DNA of 64,000 nt from positions 96,001 through 160,000 of the forward strand of contig CAVXTM010000015.1 in NCBI GenBank assembly GCA_963764725.1, in the 5' to 3' direction. This stretch comes from an uncultured Gammaproteobacteria bacterium (GTDB taxonomy: Bacteria > Pseudomonadota > Gammaproteobacteria > JACCXJ01). This document shows positions 30,085 to 42,092 of the stretch, in pieces (position 1 is the stretch's first letter; each line of letters starts with the position of its first letter). Position numbers and translations under genes: made by a program. The notes under the pieces were generated by a model. It had not been told where the DNA came from. It ran no database searches and worked only from the letters and a program-made list of their open reading frames with translations.

Positions 30085-30763
30085 TATGCAAGTGTATGCA
30101 ACCTTTCCCCTCGATTATCAACGCGCCTATGGCGAGCGCGACTAGAACGAAAAGGTAAAGCCGCCGTGGAAGAGGCACGGCGTGTGCTAAATCGGTGCCC
30201 ACGATCGAGATGGCGGGCAAACGCGGATAAATCAAGAAAAGAGTTGCGGCCCCCAACGCACCGGCGCCGATCGACGACAGCGTTACTAAAACACCGAGGA
30301 AAACTCCAACAACGAACGTGATCGGTGCCTTTAGGCGGCTGTGAACAGCCCGTAACGCGGAAAACCGTTCCTGCAAACTGAAGTCGATAAGCTGCTTTTT
30401 TAACAATAGCACCATTGACGTCAGTATCAACGCGATACCGAGCGTTGACGTAATGAGCGCGGTATAGTCGATTCCGCGATCGTTGAAGTGCTTCAACACC
30501 CAAACCGTGAGCGCCGATGCCGGTAAACTTCCGGCACTCATGATCCGCACGATGTGCCAATTAATCGTGCCCTGCCGATGATGCACCCAGATCCCGCCGC
30601 ACTTCGTGATCGCGGCGTAGAGAAGATCCGTGCCGACGGCGATCGCCGGGTTAATCCCAAATACAAGTACCAAGATGGGGGTCATGAGCGAACCACCGCC
30701 GACACACGTCAGACCGACGACAAACCCGACTACAAAACCCGAAATCGTATAGGCAAAATCCAT
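30044..30763 (-). CDS. TauE/SafE sulfite exporter family protein, C-terminus apparently truncated
   Basis: GLTCVGGGSLMTP, AVGTDL, IVGTDLAHAVPL; divergent from cysB. Confidence 0.8.
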   Translation of the reverse strand: MDFAYTISGFVVGFVVGLTCVGGGSLMTPILVLVFGINPAIAVGTDLLYAAITKCGGIWVHHRQGTINWHIVRIMSAGSLPASALTVWVLKHFNDRGIDYTALITSTLGIALILTSMVLLLKKQLIDFSLQERFSALRAVHSRLKAPITFVVGVFLGVLVTLSSIGAGALGAATLFLIYPRLPAISIVGTDLAHAVPLPRRLYLFVLVALAIGALIIEGKGCIHLHISPRLPACSRGKP

Positions 30764-30879
30764 TGTGAAGTTTGGTTCTTAGTGTGTTGCGCACTCCAGT
30801 GTAGTAATATCGATTGATAATAACAACGATAGCTTGGTTATATCTTTATCGTATATAGCTATAAATCAAACGTCGCCTA

Positions 30880-31855
<976 letters not shown>

Positions 31856-31897
31856 CTCGGGAGGGCTGGTATCGGCAGGCATTGCAGCGGTGCCCGA

Positions 31898-32227
31898 TTA
31901 TAGAAAATCCGGCACCTGCTCCATCATTTCGTCAACGGCGTCTTTGCCCGAAACTTCGCGGTTTAATACTTCCTTGACGAATCGAAAGTAAGAGGTATAA
32001 ACACGAACCGCATTCGCTTCGTCGCGTACCAGAAAGAAGGGCGCGCGGTCTACTTTATATTCGCGGGCAAGCGCCATGCCCTCGCTCGCAGCATCGCGCT
32101 CGTCGGCTGTTACGATGTTGTCGATACGCTCGAGCAAATTTGCTCCCTTCAGTCGCTCGTGCACCTCTTTGCACTTGCGGCACGGGAGACCATCGGCCAT
32201 GATTTTTTTTACGAACGTTATATGCAC
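31898..32227 (-). CDS. Thioredoxin-like CxxC hypothetical protein coupled to cysH
   Basis: PCRKC motif and VDRAPFF (cis-Pro-like loop); 3 nt after the cysH stop. Confidence 0.75.
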   Translation of the reverse strand: MHITFVKKIMADGLPCRKCKEVHERLKGANLLERIDNIVTADERDAASEGMALAREYKVDRAPFFLVRDEANAVRVYTSYFRFVKEVLNREVSGKDAVDEMMEQVPDFL

Positions 32228-32230
32228 GGT

Positions 32231-32965
32231 TTAACCGCGAGCCACGGCAGCTAGGTTTCCCGTATGCAGCCCGCATTCCTTTTGGGTGCCTTCTTCCCAC
32301 CACCACCGCCCTTCTCGCTCGTGGTGATTCGGTAGCACAGGCCTTGTGCACGGTTCACACCCGATACTGATAAATCCCCGTTCATGCAATTCGTTATAGG
32401 GTACATCGTGTGTCTGGATGTAACGCCACACCTCCGCCGAGCTCCAATTGGAGAGCGGGTTAAACTTGATTAGCGAGCGTTCTTTGGTTGAAAACGCGGC
32501 GTCTTTCTCGATGACTGCAAGCTCGATCCGAGTCCCCGGGCTTTGATCTTTGCGCTGGCCCGTGATCCAAGCATCTAGCGATTGAAGTTTCCGGCGTAAA
32601 GGTCCTACCTTGCGGATAGCACAACATTCCTTATGGCCGTCTTTATAAAAACTGAATAATCCCTTTTCGCGCACCAAACGCTCTACCGCGAGCGGATCAG
32701 GGAACAACACCTCGATCTGGAGCTGGTATCGATTCCTTACGCGCTCCAAGAACCGATAGGTTTCAGCGTGCAGGCGCCCGGTGTCCAGAGAAAAAATACG
32801 GATGTCGTTTCTTATTTTCGTCGCCATATCGACCAGCACTACGTCTTCCGCACCGCTGAAGGAGATCGCGATGTGCTCATATGCCGTTAGCGCATACGCC
32901 AGAATCTCTTGGGGAGATTTATGATGGTATTCAACGGCTAAGTTCTCAATGTTTTTGTTGATCAT
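32231..32965 (-). CDS. cysH: APS/PAPS reductase, probably the 4Fe-4S APS-reductase type
   Basis: SFSGAED, LDTGRL, ECCAIRK and SIGCEPCT cysteine pairs, ECGLH. Confidence 0.93.
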   Translation of the reverse strand: MINKNIENLAVEYHHKSPQEILAYALTAYEHIAISFSGAEDVVLVDMATKIRNDIRIFSLDTGRLHAETYRFLERVRNRYQLQIEVLFPDPLAVERLVREKGLFSFYKDGHKECCAIRKVGPLRRKLQSLDAWITGQRKDQSPGTRIELAVIEKDAAFSTKERSLIKFNPLSNWSSAEVWRYIQTHDVPYNELHERGFISIGCEPCTRPVLPNHHEREGRWWWEEGTQKECGLHTGNLAAVARG

Positions 32966-33164
32966 TTAGACTATCCCTCATGCTTGCATCACTACGCCCG
33001 CCGCATTTTTATTAATATAACAGCCCAAACGCTTTGCAGTGAAATGGCGTATAGGCATATCGACATGTTTTATTTTACGATCTTTTGTACGGCCGTGGCA
33101 TTGACTAGCGCTGTAATCCTACGGGTCACTGTTGGCCGAGCCAGCGAGACAGTCGCGCGTTGAT

Positions 33165-33854
33165 TCAGCGATAACGCGTTGGATCCGCCGCGCCGGCGGA
33201 TCCGAAACCGGCGCGACGAAAGCGACAGGCGTCACATACCCCGCATGCGCGTCCCTCGTCGTCGGCCTGATAACAAGAGACCGTGATGCTGTAATCGACG
33301 CCCAGGCGTAGGCCTTGCTCGATGATCTGGGCCTTGCTTAACTCGATAAGCGGGGCATGTATTATAAAGCGCTTTCCCTCCACGCTTGCCTTGGTGGCCC
33401 GTTGGGCCATCGCCTCGAAGGCCGCTATGAATTCCGGCCGGCAGTCGGGATACCCGGAATAATCGATCGCGTTAACCCCGATAAAAATATCCCACGCTTC
33501 GAGCACCTCGGCCCACGCCAAGGCCAGGCCGAGTAACAGCGTATTGCGTGCGGGAACGTACGTGACCGGGATCCCTTCGGTTGGTGTTTCCGGCACGGCG
33601 ATGGTTGGGTTCGTCAATGCGGATCCCCCGATCGCCGAGAGGTCCAAGCGCATAATCTTGTAGCCTTGGGCGCCGAGCGCGATAGCGATTTGATGCGCTG
33701 CCGCGATCTCGGAACGGTGGCGTTGCCCGTAGTCAACGCATAATCCGTAGCACGCATACCCTCGTTCGCGGGCGATGGCCAAGGCCGTGCTGGAATCGAT
33801 CCCTCCCGAGATCAATACGACGGCACGCCGTGGACTAGCGTCCAGGGAGATCAC
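33165..33854 (-). CDS. queC: 7-cyano-7-deazaguanine synthase
   Basis: SGGIDS, YGQRH, TYVPARN, YPDCR, CGVCDAC. Confidence 0.96.
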   Translation of the reverse strand: MISLDASPRRAVVLISGGIDSSTALAIARERGYACYGLCVDYGQRHRSEIAAAHQIAIALGAQGYKIMRLDLSAIGGSALTNPTIAVPETPTEGIPVTYVPARNTLLLGLALAWAEVLEAWDIFIGVNAIDYSGYPDCRPEFIAAFEAMAQRATKASVEGKRFIIHAPLIELSKAQIIEQGLRLGVDYSITVSCYQADDEGRACGVCDACRFRRAGFGSAGAADPTRYR

Positions 33855-34500
33855 CCCAGATCACCTTATGAAGTTGAATCTGAAAGCGCACCGGAAGCCG
33901 GTCTTCCAGGATCCACTCAGCCATCTCTGCTGGGTTGATCTCCCCGCTGCTCGGCGAAAACAGGATCTCGCACGGAAAGCTAAAGCGCTGCATGAGCTCC
34001 TTGGCCCAGTCGTAGTCGTTGCGGTCGCGAATCACGAACTTCACCTCATCGGTCGCCGCAAGATATTGAATATTTCGATAGTCGTTTTTTCCGGCTTCTC
34101 CCGATCCCGGCGTTTTCAAGTCCATGATCTTCATGACTCGCTCATCGACGGACCGAATGTCGAGGGCGCCGCTCGTCTCGAGCGAGACGCGGTAACCCAG
34201 ATCACACAACTGCTGCAGTAGGGCCGGACATGCGGGCTGAGCGAGCGGTTCGCCACCGGTCACGGTGACATAACGAGCATGATACTCGGTGATCCGTTCT
34301 AAGATGGTATTGAACGGCAGGCGCGTACCGCCGTGAAACGCGTAAGCCGTATCACAATAGTGGCAGCGTAAGGGACAGCCCGTGAGGCGCACGAATACTG
34401 TCGGTAGACCCACGCGGCTCGACTCGCCTTGTAGCGACAAAAAGATTTCGGTGACGCGTAGACTCTCCTCGGGGGACGATTTGTGAACGGTAGCGGGCAT
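33835..34500 (-). CDS. queE: 7-carboxy-7-deazaguanine synthase (radical SAM)
   Basis: [29 protein letters not shown]. Confidence 0.96.
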   Translation of the reverse strand: MPATVHKSSPEESLRVTEIFLSLQGESSRVGLPTVFVRLTGCPLRCHYCDTAYAFHGGTRLPFNTILERITEYHARYVTVTGGEPLAQPACPALLQQLCDLGYRVSLETSGALDIRSVDERVMKIMDLKTPGSGEAGKNDYRNIQYLAATDEVKFVIRDRNDYDWAKELMQRFSFPCEILFSPSSGEINPAEMAEWILEDRLPVRFQIQLHKVIWGDLPGR

Positions 34501-34533
34501 GAGCGTCGTGGAGTAGAAATGTGCGTGCGCGGG

Positions 34534-35469
34534 TCATGGTTGCTCAAGGCGAATGCGCTGTAAACGCTCGTCCGCGAGCCGTGCAGCGGTGGTGCCCGGA
34601 TAACGAACCCGGAGACTCTCGAGACTGGTTTTGGCGTGGTCGAGCTGGCCTAGTTCGTGGTGGCTGTAACCGATCTTGAGGAGGGCATGGGTTAACTTCT
34701 GACTCTCCGGGTAGTGCTCAACGAGCTTCGTATATTCAGAGATGGCCGGCTGATACTGGTGAGTCACGTAGTAGGCTTCCGCGAGCCAGTATTGCGCATT
34801 ATCGGCGTGCGCGCTTTTGGGATACTGCCCAAGAAAACGATTGAAAGCAGAGATGGAGTCGTTGTAGTTCCCTACCTTAAGCAGGTCGAAGGCGCGCCGG
34901 TAGTCGTTTTCCTCGTGGCTCGCACGCGCAGCGGCGACCGTTGTGCCCGTGTCTGGCGCCGCTTGTGCGGGTCCTGAAGACGGGGCCTCGCCGATGTCAT
35001 GGGCCGGCGTGTCGGCCGGGGTCTCGAGCGCGCGGTTCGAATCGTCCATAAGCTGGGAAGCCGCTGGCGCGACCGTTCGCGGGGAACTCATTACCTCGGA
35101 GCTTGTGGATTCATTGCGAGCGTTGCCGGCATCACTCGCGCCGCCGGCGCCGGTTTCAAGCAGTTGCAGCCGGCGGTCGAGATCGGAATACAGTCGTTCA
35201 TCGCGCTCTTCGGATTTTTCGAGCCGATGCGCCTGAACTTCCATCTCCCCGCGCAGCCGTTTCACCTCTTGGTGCAAGCGCTCGACCTGGTTCAGAACAT
35301 CCAGCATACCGCGGTTCGTGAGCAGCCGTTCGAGGCGTTCGAGCCGGGCCTCAACATCCGCTGGATTGCCTTCGACGACCGGAGCATCATATTGCGCCAT
35401 AACGCAAAGAGGAGCGTAGGCCGTTAAAAACAACGCGCCGCGCCATGAGCGGACTGCTCTGCCGGACAT
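34534..35469 (-). CDS. cpoB: Tol-Pal protein CpoB/YbgF
   Basis: N-terminal coiled coil, TPR motif NAQYWLAE, follows pal. Confidence 0.93.
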   Translation of the reverse strand: MSGRAVRSWRGALFLTAYAPLCVMAQYDAPVVEGNPADVEARLERLERLLTNRGMLDVLNQVERLHQEVKRLRGEMEVQAHRLEKSEERDERLYSDLDRRLQLLETGAGGASDAGNARNESTSSEVMSSPRTVAPAASQLMDDSNRALETPADTPAHDIGEAPSSGPAQAAPDTGTTVAAARASHEENDYRRAFDLLKVGNYNDSISAFNRFLGQYPKSAHADNAQYWLAEAYYVTHQYQPAISEYTKLVEHYPESQKLTHALLKIGYSHHELGQLDHAKTSLESLRVRYPGTTAARLADERLQRIRLEQP

Positions 35470-35474
35470 GGTTT

Positions 35475-36023
35475 CTAATAGCTGATCACTACGCGTCGAT
35501 TGAGGGAATAGGCGCTTTCGTCATGTCCGGGGGAGTCCGGATGTTCCTCGCCGTAGCTTACGGTGCGGATCTGGGCGGTGGAACCGCCAAGCAAGGTGAT
35601 CTGTTTGCGCACCGCGAGCGCACGGCGTTCCCCGAGAGCTAGATTATATTCCCGCGAGCCGCGTTCATCGGCGTGCCCTTCGAGCGTGATAACCGTGTCG
35701 GGGTGGCTCGTGATGTACGCGGCGTGGGCCTCGATCGCTGATTGAAATTCCGGCCGGATCTCATCGCTGTCGTATTCAAAATAGATCACACGCGCCCCAT
35801 CTCCACCGCGTCCCCCGTCGCTCACATCAGCATTCGGGTAACCTATACCCTTATTTGCGCCTTTGGCTTGCGCGTCCATGGCCTCCATCTCGGCCGGAGA
35901 AATCCCCTGGTCTTCCACCGTGGCCGCACTGTCTTCTTTGCTTTGCTCATCCACGGTTTGACATCCGGCCACTGCGAGAGCGGACAGGGCGAGAATAAGC
36001 ATTCGCATGTTCATGGTCTGCAT
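35475..36023 (-). CDS. pal: Peptidoglycan-associated lipoprotein
   Basis: Lipobox VAGC; GHADERGSREYNLALGERRA. Confidence 0.96.
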   Translation of the reverse strand: MQTMNMRMLILALSALAVAGCQTVDEQSKEDSAATVEDQGISPAEMEAMDAQAKGANKGIGYPNADVSDGGRGGDGARVIYFEYDSDEIRPEFQSAIEAHAAYITSHPDTVITLEGHADERGSREYNLALGERRALAVRKQITLLGGSTAQIRTVSYGEEHPDSPGHDESAYSLNRRVVISY

Positions 36024-36052
36024 CGTTTTATCTCCTCTTTGCTAGCGTGATC

Positions 36053-37351
36053 CTAATATCTGAACGGGCCCCACGCCGGTTCGCGGACCTCCCCGCGCAA
36101 CAATGCCAGGCGTTGCTTCACTCGGCCATCGATCGAGGTGGCCGCCAGCTCGGTGCCCTGTGGCCCGACCGTCGTATAGATGATCATGCTGTCGTTTGGG
36201 GCGAAACTCGGAGACTCATCCAAGCGGGTATCGGTCAATATCGCCAGGCGTTCGGTTTCCATGTTGTAGGTGGCGATTCGGTAATTGCCGCCGTCGCCGT
36301 GAACGATCGCCAATAATTTCCCGTCCGACGAATAGCGGGGGCGAGCGTTATAGTCCCCTTCGTGTGTTAAACGCCGCGGGTGTCCACCCGAGACCGAGAC
36401 TTCATAAATCTGTGGCCCCCCGCCCCGGTCGGAAGTAAACGTCAAACGGGTCCCATCCGGTGACCAGGAGGGTTCGGTATCGATGGCCGGGTCGTGCGTA
36501 ATCCGCCGCAGTTGTCGGTTCGAGAGGGTTAGCACATAAATCTCGGGATCCCCATCGCGCGACAAGGTCAACGCCAACCTGCCCCCGTCCGGTGACCACG
36601 CCGGGGCACTGTTGATCCCCGTTTCCGCGGCTACCTTGTCGCGGTGACCGCTCCCGAGATCTTGAACGTAGATGGCGGAACTACGGCCTTCGAACGAAAC
36701 ATAGGCAAGACGCCGCCCGTCCGGTGACCACGCCGGCGACATCAGCGGCTGGGGTGAGGTCAATAGGGTCTGTACATTCTCCCCATCGATATCGGCTACT
36801 TGCAGCCCGTAGATCTTGTTCCGTCCGCTGCGCTGCTGGACCGTGACATAAGCGATGCGGGTGGCGAACGCTCCCTTGACGCCGGTCAGCTTCTCGTAGA
36901 TCACGTCGCTGATCTGATGGGCTACCAATCGCAACTGGGCCGCTTTTGCAGGCACCTTATACGCTAGAAGTTGTGTGCCTTTATACACATCGACCAGCCA
37001 AAACTCGACCTGGTAGTCCGTCTCGATACCGGGCCGGAGGGTCCCAACCACCAAATTGTCCATCCCGACCCGGCGCCAATCGGCAAAATTGATTTCGGAA
37101 AAACCGTGGGGTTGTGATGGCATATCAGCGCGCGGCATCGGGACGAAGCCGCCGCTGCTTTCTAAATCCGCGGCAACGATCGCGGCGATATCCACGGCCG
37201 GCCGTTGTGATCCGGGCGGATCGAACGGGGCGATTGCGATCGGGAGCGCGCCCGCGACGCCCTGGGTGATTTTTATTTTTAATACCGCCTGCGCGCTTGC
37301 ATACCAGGCCAGTAACGCGAAGCACACAGCAGCTCTATACAAACACTTCAA
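36053..37351 (-). CDS. tolB: Tol-Pal beta-propeller protein TolB
   Basis: FATRIAYV, repeated SPAWSPDG. Confidence 0.96.
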   Translation of the reverse strand: MKCLYRAAVCFALLAWYASAQAVLKIKITQGVAGALPIAIAPFDPPGSQRPAVDIAAIVAADLESSGGFVPMPRADMPSQPHGFSEINFADWRRVGMDNLVVGTLRPGIETDYQVEFWLVDVYKGTQLLAYKVPAKAAQLRLVAHQISDVIYEKLTGVKGAFATRIAYVTVQQRSGRNKIYGLQVADIDGENVQTLLTSPQPLMSPAWSPDGRRLAYVSFEGRSSAIYVQDLGSGHRDKVAAETGINSAPAWSPDGGRLALTLSRDGDPEIYVLTLSNRQLRRITHDPAIDTEPSWSPDGTRLTFTSDRGGGPQIYEVSVSGGHPRRLTHEGDYNARPRYSSDGKLLAIVHGDGGNYRIATYNMETERLAILTDTRLDESPSFAPNDSMIIYTTVGPQGTELAATSIDGRVKQRLALLRGEVREPAWGPFRY

Positions 37352-37353
37352 GC

Positions 37354-38244
37354 CTACACCTCCGGTTCAAAGACGAATTGGATCTCGCGCAGTTGCTGGA
37401 ACAAGCGCGGATCGTCGGGTACCGGTAACGGTGACGCCTTGCGTACCGCGATCTCCGCTTGCCGGTCAAACACCGGGTTGCCGCTCGATCGTATCACCTC
37501 GGCGTCCACGACGTCGCCCCCGGGCACCATCTTGACCAACAGTTCGCAGGATAGTCCCCGCTCGGGATAATTGAAGGTGTTGCCGATCTGAGTCCGGATG
37601 AGTTTAATATATTTATCGATTTCACTTTGATCGCGCTCGCGCTCCTTGGCCTCGGCGCGGGCTTTTTCATCCGCGGCCAGGGCCGCGGCTAATTCCCGCT
37701 GGCGCCGCTCTTCTTCTTTACGCTTTTTCTCGGCCTCGACCTTCTTGCGTTGCTCCTCGGCGAGACGTTTCTTCTCCGCTTCGGCCTGCTGACGCTCTTC
37801 ACGTTTTTTCGCAAGCGCTTTTTCCTGTGCGATTCGCTTCTGCTCCTCGGCCAGCCGCTGTTTCTCCTCGCGTTTGCGTTTATCTTCAGCCTGTTTAAGC
37901 TGCTGTTCTTGCTTGCGTAAGGCCGCTTGTTCCTGCTTGAGTTCCTCTAAGCGTTTCTCCTCGGCTTGACGCTTCTGTTTCGCGACGGCCACATCGCGTT
38001 CAAGCGCCTCGCGGCGTGCCTGTTCGTCTTTACGCTTGCGCCGTTCGGCCTCCTTCAGCCGTTGCACCTCGGCTTCGACCTTGTTTTGATCGATGGCGAC
38101 TGCCTGTACGATCTGAGAGCTTGGTTTGGATGCGGGCGGAAGCTCGCCGAGGTTCAGGCTCAGCGCCAGTAATACAATCGCGACCGCATGGATCGCGACC
38201 GCATAGATAAACGATCGAAACGAGCGGAGCCGCCTTCGAACCAT
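37354..38244 (-). CDS. tolA: TolA
   Basis: TM helix with His, E/K/A-rich helix, C-terminal SSGNPVFD domain. Confidence 0.92.
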   Translation of the reverse strand: MVRRRLRSFRSFIYAVAIHAVAIVLLALSLNLGELPPASKPSSQIVQAVAIDQNKVEAEVQRLKEAERRKRKDEQARREALERDVAVAKQKRQAEEKRLEELKQEQAALRKQEQQLKQAEDKRKREEKQRLAEEQKRIAQEKALAKKREERQQAEAEKKRLAEEQRKKVEAEKKRKEEERRQRELAAALAADEKARAEAKERERDQSEIDKYIKLIRTQIGNTFNYPERGLSCELLVKMVPGGDVVDAEVIRSSGNPVFDRQAEIAVRKASPLPVPDDPRLFQQLREIQFVFEPEV

Positions 38245-38251
38245 CGTGCCG

Positions 38252-38677
38252 TCAGCGTTCCGGCGGCTGCGTCATAAGCCCAACCCCTTGCACACCGGCG
38301 CCCTGGAGCGCCGCCATCAGCTCTACCACCCGTGCGTACGCGACTGCTTGGTCGCCATTAACGAGGACCGGCACATTGGGTTTGTAACGCAGCACGGCCT
38401 GGACGCGGTTTAACAGCGTTTCTTTGCTCACGGGATCGTGCCGGTGGTCCCCGAAATCAATATAGTAATTACCTTTCCTGTCCACTGTGATGATCAGCGG
38501 TTCGGTATCGCTCGGGGGCACCGGTTCGGAGGCGGCTTGCGGCAGATCCACCTTGACCCCTTGGGTGATGAGCGGTGCGGTGATCATGAAGATGATCAGC
38601 AACACCAACATCACATCGATGTAGGGGACGACGTTGATATCCGACATCAGGCGCTTACGCTTGTGTCTCACCGCCAT
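38252..38677 (-). CDS. tolR: TolR
   Basis: INVVPYIDVMLVLLIIFMITAP. Confidence 0.96.
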   Translation of the reverse strand: MAVRHKRKRLMSDINVVPYIDVMLVLLIIFMITAPLITQGVKVDLPQAASEPVPPSDTEPLIITVDRKGNYYIDFGDHRHDPVSKETLLNRVQAVLRYKPNVPVLVNGDQAVAYARVVELMAALQGAGVQGVGLMTQPPER

Positions 38678-38707
38678 GCCCTTGAGACTCCCCCGGCCAT
38701 GTTTCGT

Positions 38708-39382
38708 TCAAGCGTGCGCTTGGCGGTGCAAAATGGAGGAAAACTCCTCCAGGAATATGTCGTAGCGGCTGAACAAGCGGTCGATATCGTTGGCGTAATG
38801 ATTGTAAGCAATGACCGCGGGAATGGCCGCGAACAAGCCCATGGCCGTGGCGATCAAGGCCTCGGAGATCCCGGGGGCCACCATGGCGAGCGTTGCTTGA
38901 TGCACGTTGGCCAGGGCTTGAAAGGAGTTCATGATGCCCCAAACGGTGCCGAAGAGGCCCACGTACGGGCTCACCGAGCCCACCGTGGCGAGCAGCGGCA
39001 AGCTCTGCTCGAGGTCTTCGATCTCCCGGTTCAAGGCCACGCGCATTGAGCGTTGCGCGCCCTCCAAGACGGCGCCTGGCTCAATGCCGTCTTGCTGGCG
39101 CAAGCGGGCGAATTCCTTGATACCGGCTTCAAAGATCCGTTCGAGCCCCGAGGGCTCGTGGCTGCGCTGCGCGATCCGGTTATAGAGCTCGGTGAGGTCA
39201 TCGGCCGACCAAAAGCGATCCTCGAATTTAGCCGCATCGCGCTGCGCTTTCCTAACCACGGCGCGTTTATTGAAGATCACCGTCCAAGACCAAAGCGAAG
39301 CGGCGATCAAAACCACCATCACGAACTTGACCAATAGGCTGGCGCCCAGGATCAAATTGGTAATCGAAAGATCAGTCGCCAT
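38708..39382 (-). CDS. tolQ: TolQ
   Basis: SPYVGLFGTVWGIM, VAPGISEALIATA. Confidence 0.96.
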   Translation of the reverse strand: MATDLSITNLILGASLLVKFVMVVLIAASLWSWTVIFNKRAVVRKAQRDAAKFEDRFWSADDLTELYNRIAQRSHEPSGLERIFEAGIKEFARLRQQDGIEPGAVLEGAQRSMRVALNREIEDLEQSLPLLATVGSVSPYVGLFGTVWGIMNSFQALANVHQATLAMVAPGISEALIATAMGLFAAIPAVIAYNHYANDIDRLFSRYDIFLEEFSSILHRQAHA

Positions 39383-39430
39383 GTGTAAGCTCGGCTAACA
39401 TCGAAGGGGGTATGGGTTTGGGCAACGCGC

Positions 39431-40465
39431 TTAGCGCTCGCCGAACAGATCGGGTTGGCTCGCGAGGTGCTCGGGCGGTGCGGCTCCGAAGTGCAACCAC
39501 GCAGCGCGCGTCGCCGTCCGCCCCCTTGGGGTACGCATCATGAATCCCTGCTGGATCAAAAACGGTTCCAGCACATCCTCGATCGTCCCCCGCTCTTCCC
39601 CGATCGCGGCGGCCAGGCTGTCGACGCCGACGGGCCCGCCATCGAATTTTTCGATAATCGTCAAGAGCAGCTTGCGGTCCATGATGTCAAAGCCGTGGGT
39701 GTCTACGCTGAGCAATTCCAAAGCCCGCTTGGCAATGTCCACGTTGACCTTTCCATTGCCGCGGACCTCGGCGTAATCCCGCGCGCGGCGCAGCAGACGG
39801 TTGGCGATGCGCGGCGTGCCCCGCGCCCGCCGCGCGATCTCCCCGGCACCCTCGGCATCGACGGCGACGCCGAGGATGCGCGCCGAGCGCCGCACGATGC
39901 GGGTCAGATCCTCCGCGTCGTAGAATTCCAGCCGTTCGACAATCCCGAAGCGGTCTCGCAGCGGCGAGGTGAGCAGCCCGGCGCGGGTGGTGGCACCGAC
40001 CAGGGTAAACGGCGGCAGATCCAGTTTGATGGCGCGGGCCGCCGGACCTTCGCCGATCATGATATCGATCTGAAACTCCTCGAGCGCCGGGTACAGGATT
40101 TCCTCCACCACCGGGCTCAAGCGGTGGATCTCGTCGATGAAGAGCACGTTTCGTGGCTCGAGATTGGTCAGGATCGCGGCCAGATCGCCGGGGCGCTCCA
40201 GCACCGGACCGGAGGTCTGACGCAAAGCGACCCCCAGCTCGTTGGCGATGATATGGGCGAGCGTCGTCTTACCGAGTCCCGGCGGGCCAAAAAGCAGCAC
40301 ATGATCGAGCGGCTCGCGCCGCCGGCGCGTGGCGGTGATGAAAATTTCCAGCCGTTCGCGCACCGGCGTCTGGCCTACGTAATCCTTGAGCCGGCGGGGC
40401 CGCAATGCTTCGTCCGCGTCGCCGGCCATGGTGTCGGGAAGCGTTAATGGATTCGGATCGGTCAT
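39431..40465 (-). CDS. ruvB: Holliday junction branch migration helicase
   Basis: [25 protein letters not shown]. Confidence 0.98.
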   Translation of the reverse strand: MTDPNPLTLPDTMAGDADEALRPRRLKDYVGQTPVRERLEIFITATRRRREPLDHVLLFGPPGLGKTTLAHIIANELGVALRQTSGPVLERPGDLAAILTNLEPRNVLFIDEIHRLSPVVEEILYPALEEFQIDIMIGEGPAARAIKLDLPPFTLVGATTRAGLLTSPLRDRFGIVERLEFYDAEDLTRIVRRSARILGVAVDAEGAGEIARRARGTPRIANRLLRRARDYAEVRGNGKVNVDIAKRALELLSVDTHGFDIMDRKLLLTIIEKFDGGPVGVDSLAAAIGEERGTIEDVLEPFLIQQGFMMRTPRGRTATRAAWLHFGAAPPEHLASQPDLFGER

Positions 40466-40540
40466 CGTGTGGTGAAGGCGCGCACGGTTAGCCGTTGAGC
40501 TGGTTTTTCATGCGGGCATGCTCGGCGGGGGCTAAACCGC

Positions 40541-41131
40541 TCATGCTTGTGAGCGCAGCACCGCGCGGATGATGGCTTCGCTCGTCATCCCGGCGGTATC
40601 GATGGCTTGCACGTAGCGCCCGGCCTCGTGAGCTTTATAGCCGAGCGCCACCAGACCCTCGATCGCGTCCGCCAAGGCGTCATGGGATCCCGCGAAGGCC
40701 CCTCCCGCGGCTGCCGCGCGCGGCGTCCAATCATTGAGGCGGTCGCGCATCTCGATCACCAGCCGCTCGGCGGTCTTCTTGCCGATCCCGGGCAGGTGTG
40801 TCAGCCGCGCGATGTCTCCCGCATGGATACACTTGGCAAACTCCTCGACATCAGACCCGGAGAGAATGGCGAGCGCGGTGCGGGCACCGATCCCGCTGAC
40901 CTTGAGCAAGGCGCGGAACAGCCGCCGTTCGGACTCGGTTAAAAAGCCGAACAGGAGGTGCGCGTCCTCCCTGATGGCGAGATGCGTATATAACAGAACC
41001 TCGGCGTTGAGTTTAGGGAGGCGGTCAAATGTGCTCAGCGGCGCCTCTAGCTCGTAGCCGATGCCGTGGGCCTCGAGCAGGAGATGCGGGGGCCGCTTTT
41101 CGATCAGCAGTCCGCGGATGCGTCCGATCAT
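40541..41131 (-). CDS. ruvA: Holliday junction DNA-binding protein
   Basis: MIGRIRG, VSGIG, PGIGKKTAERL. Confidence 0.97.
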   Translation of the reverse strand: MIGRIRGLLIEKRPPHLLLEAHGIGYELEAPLSTFDRLPKLNAEVLLYTHLAIREDAHLLFGFLTESERRLFRALLKVSGIGARTALAILSGSDVEEFAKCIHAGDIARLTHLPGIGKKTAERLVIEMRDRLNDWTPRAAAAGGAFAGSHDALADAIEGLVALGYKAHEAGRYVQAIDTAGMTSEAIIRAVLRSQA

Positions 41132-41646
41132 AGAAATCGCCGCCGCCGGTTGCGCCGCACGCCGGGCATGCGTAGCAGGCCTTGGCGTGTGTGCCCGTGA
41201 CAGAGCGCGACCGCGAGCGCGTCCGCGGCATCGGTCTCGGGCGGCGCCTCGAGGTTCAGCAGCACCTTGATCATGTGTTGGATTTGAGCCTTTTCGGCAT
41301 TGCCCCGGCCGACGATGGCCTGTTTAATTTGCGCCGGGGTAAACTCGAATACCGGTAAATCACGCTTCGCCCCGGCCACCAACGCCGCCCCGCGAGCTTG
41401 GCCAAGCTTCAGGGCGGAGTCCGCGTTGCGGTTCATAAACACGAGTTCCACCGCCATCTCTTGCGGATTATATTCTTCTATCGCCGCCGTCACACCATCG
41501 AAGATGCGGCTAAGCCGCGGGGCTAGCGCGTCGCCCGCGGTCTTTATGCCACCGCTGGCGACATAGAGAGTGCGCGGGCCGTCCACATCAATAACGCCAT
41601 AGCCCGTGATCCGCGATCCGGGATCGATACCGAGGATACGGATCAC
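41128..41646 (-). CDS. ruvC: Crossover junction endodeoxyribonuclease
   Basis: ILGIDPGS, LKLGQARG, DAADALAVA. Confidence 0.97.
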   Translation of the reverse strand: MIRILGIDPGSRITGYGVIDVDGPRTLYVASGGIKTAGDALAPRLSRIFDGVTAAIEEYNPQEMAVELVFMNRNADSALKLGQARGAALVAGAKRDLPVFEFTPAQIKQAIVGRGNAEKAQIQHMIKVLLNLEAPPETDAADALAVALCHGHTRQGLLRMPGVRRNRRRRFL

Positions 41647-41965
41647 ACTAAAATGAGAGGTCTATCGTTCAGGGCGCTGAAAGGGCAATTAATTTGGCGA
41701 TCATTTCGCTTCGGCAAGCTTTTCAGGCTCGCGAGCCCGCGGATTTCCGGTGACTTAATCAGGCTTCTTGACTTTGGTGCGGTGGGTTTGTAATATGGGT
41801 CACGCCGCGAAGCGAGCGCCGGTGCTTCCGGGCTAGACGCCTTAGGTCGCGTCATGATACGCCCAGCACGGGGGTCGGCAAGTTGCCCACGTGCAGAGGC
41901 ATGGCGGCAAGTCGAACGACGGTAACGCAAACGTTCTGGGGCGATGGCCGGAGGAGCCATCTAGC

Positions 41966-42025
41966 ATGAGCGACATCTTTGTCTGCTATTCGAAAACCGA
42001 CCGCACCGAGTATAAATTTCGCTAG
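41966..42025 (+). pseudogene. 5' stub of a TIR-domain gene
   Basis: GGAGGAG RBS then MSDIFVCYSKTDR (TIR betaA DxFxSY..xD motif); stop after 19 codons. Confidence 0.6.
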
Positions 42026-42092
42026 GTCCGAATACAGCGGGCCATGGTATTCGCTTCTATTGGGTTTGACCAGTCAGCGGAACGCGGAATGA

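Noticed and set aside
33165-34500. queC/queE as a Dpd or Qat DNA-modification defence system
   Set aside because: Standard position downstream of tol-pal-cpoB; no dpdA or qat partners
36440-36740. Recurrent CCGGTGACCA motif resembling a spaced repeat array
   Set aside because: It encodes the WSPDG beta-propeller repeats of TolB; not CRISPR
37620-38060. Low-complexity repetitive DNA
   Set aside because: E/K/A/R-rich helical domain of TolA
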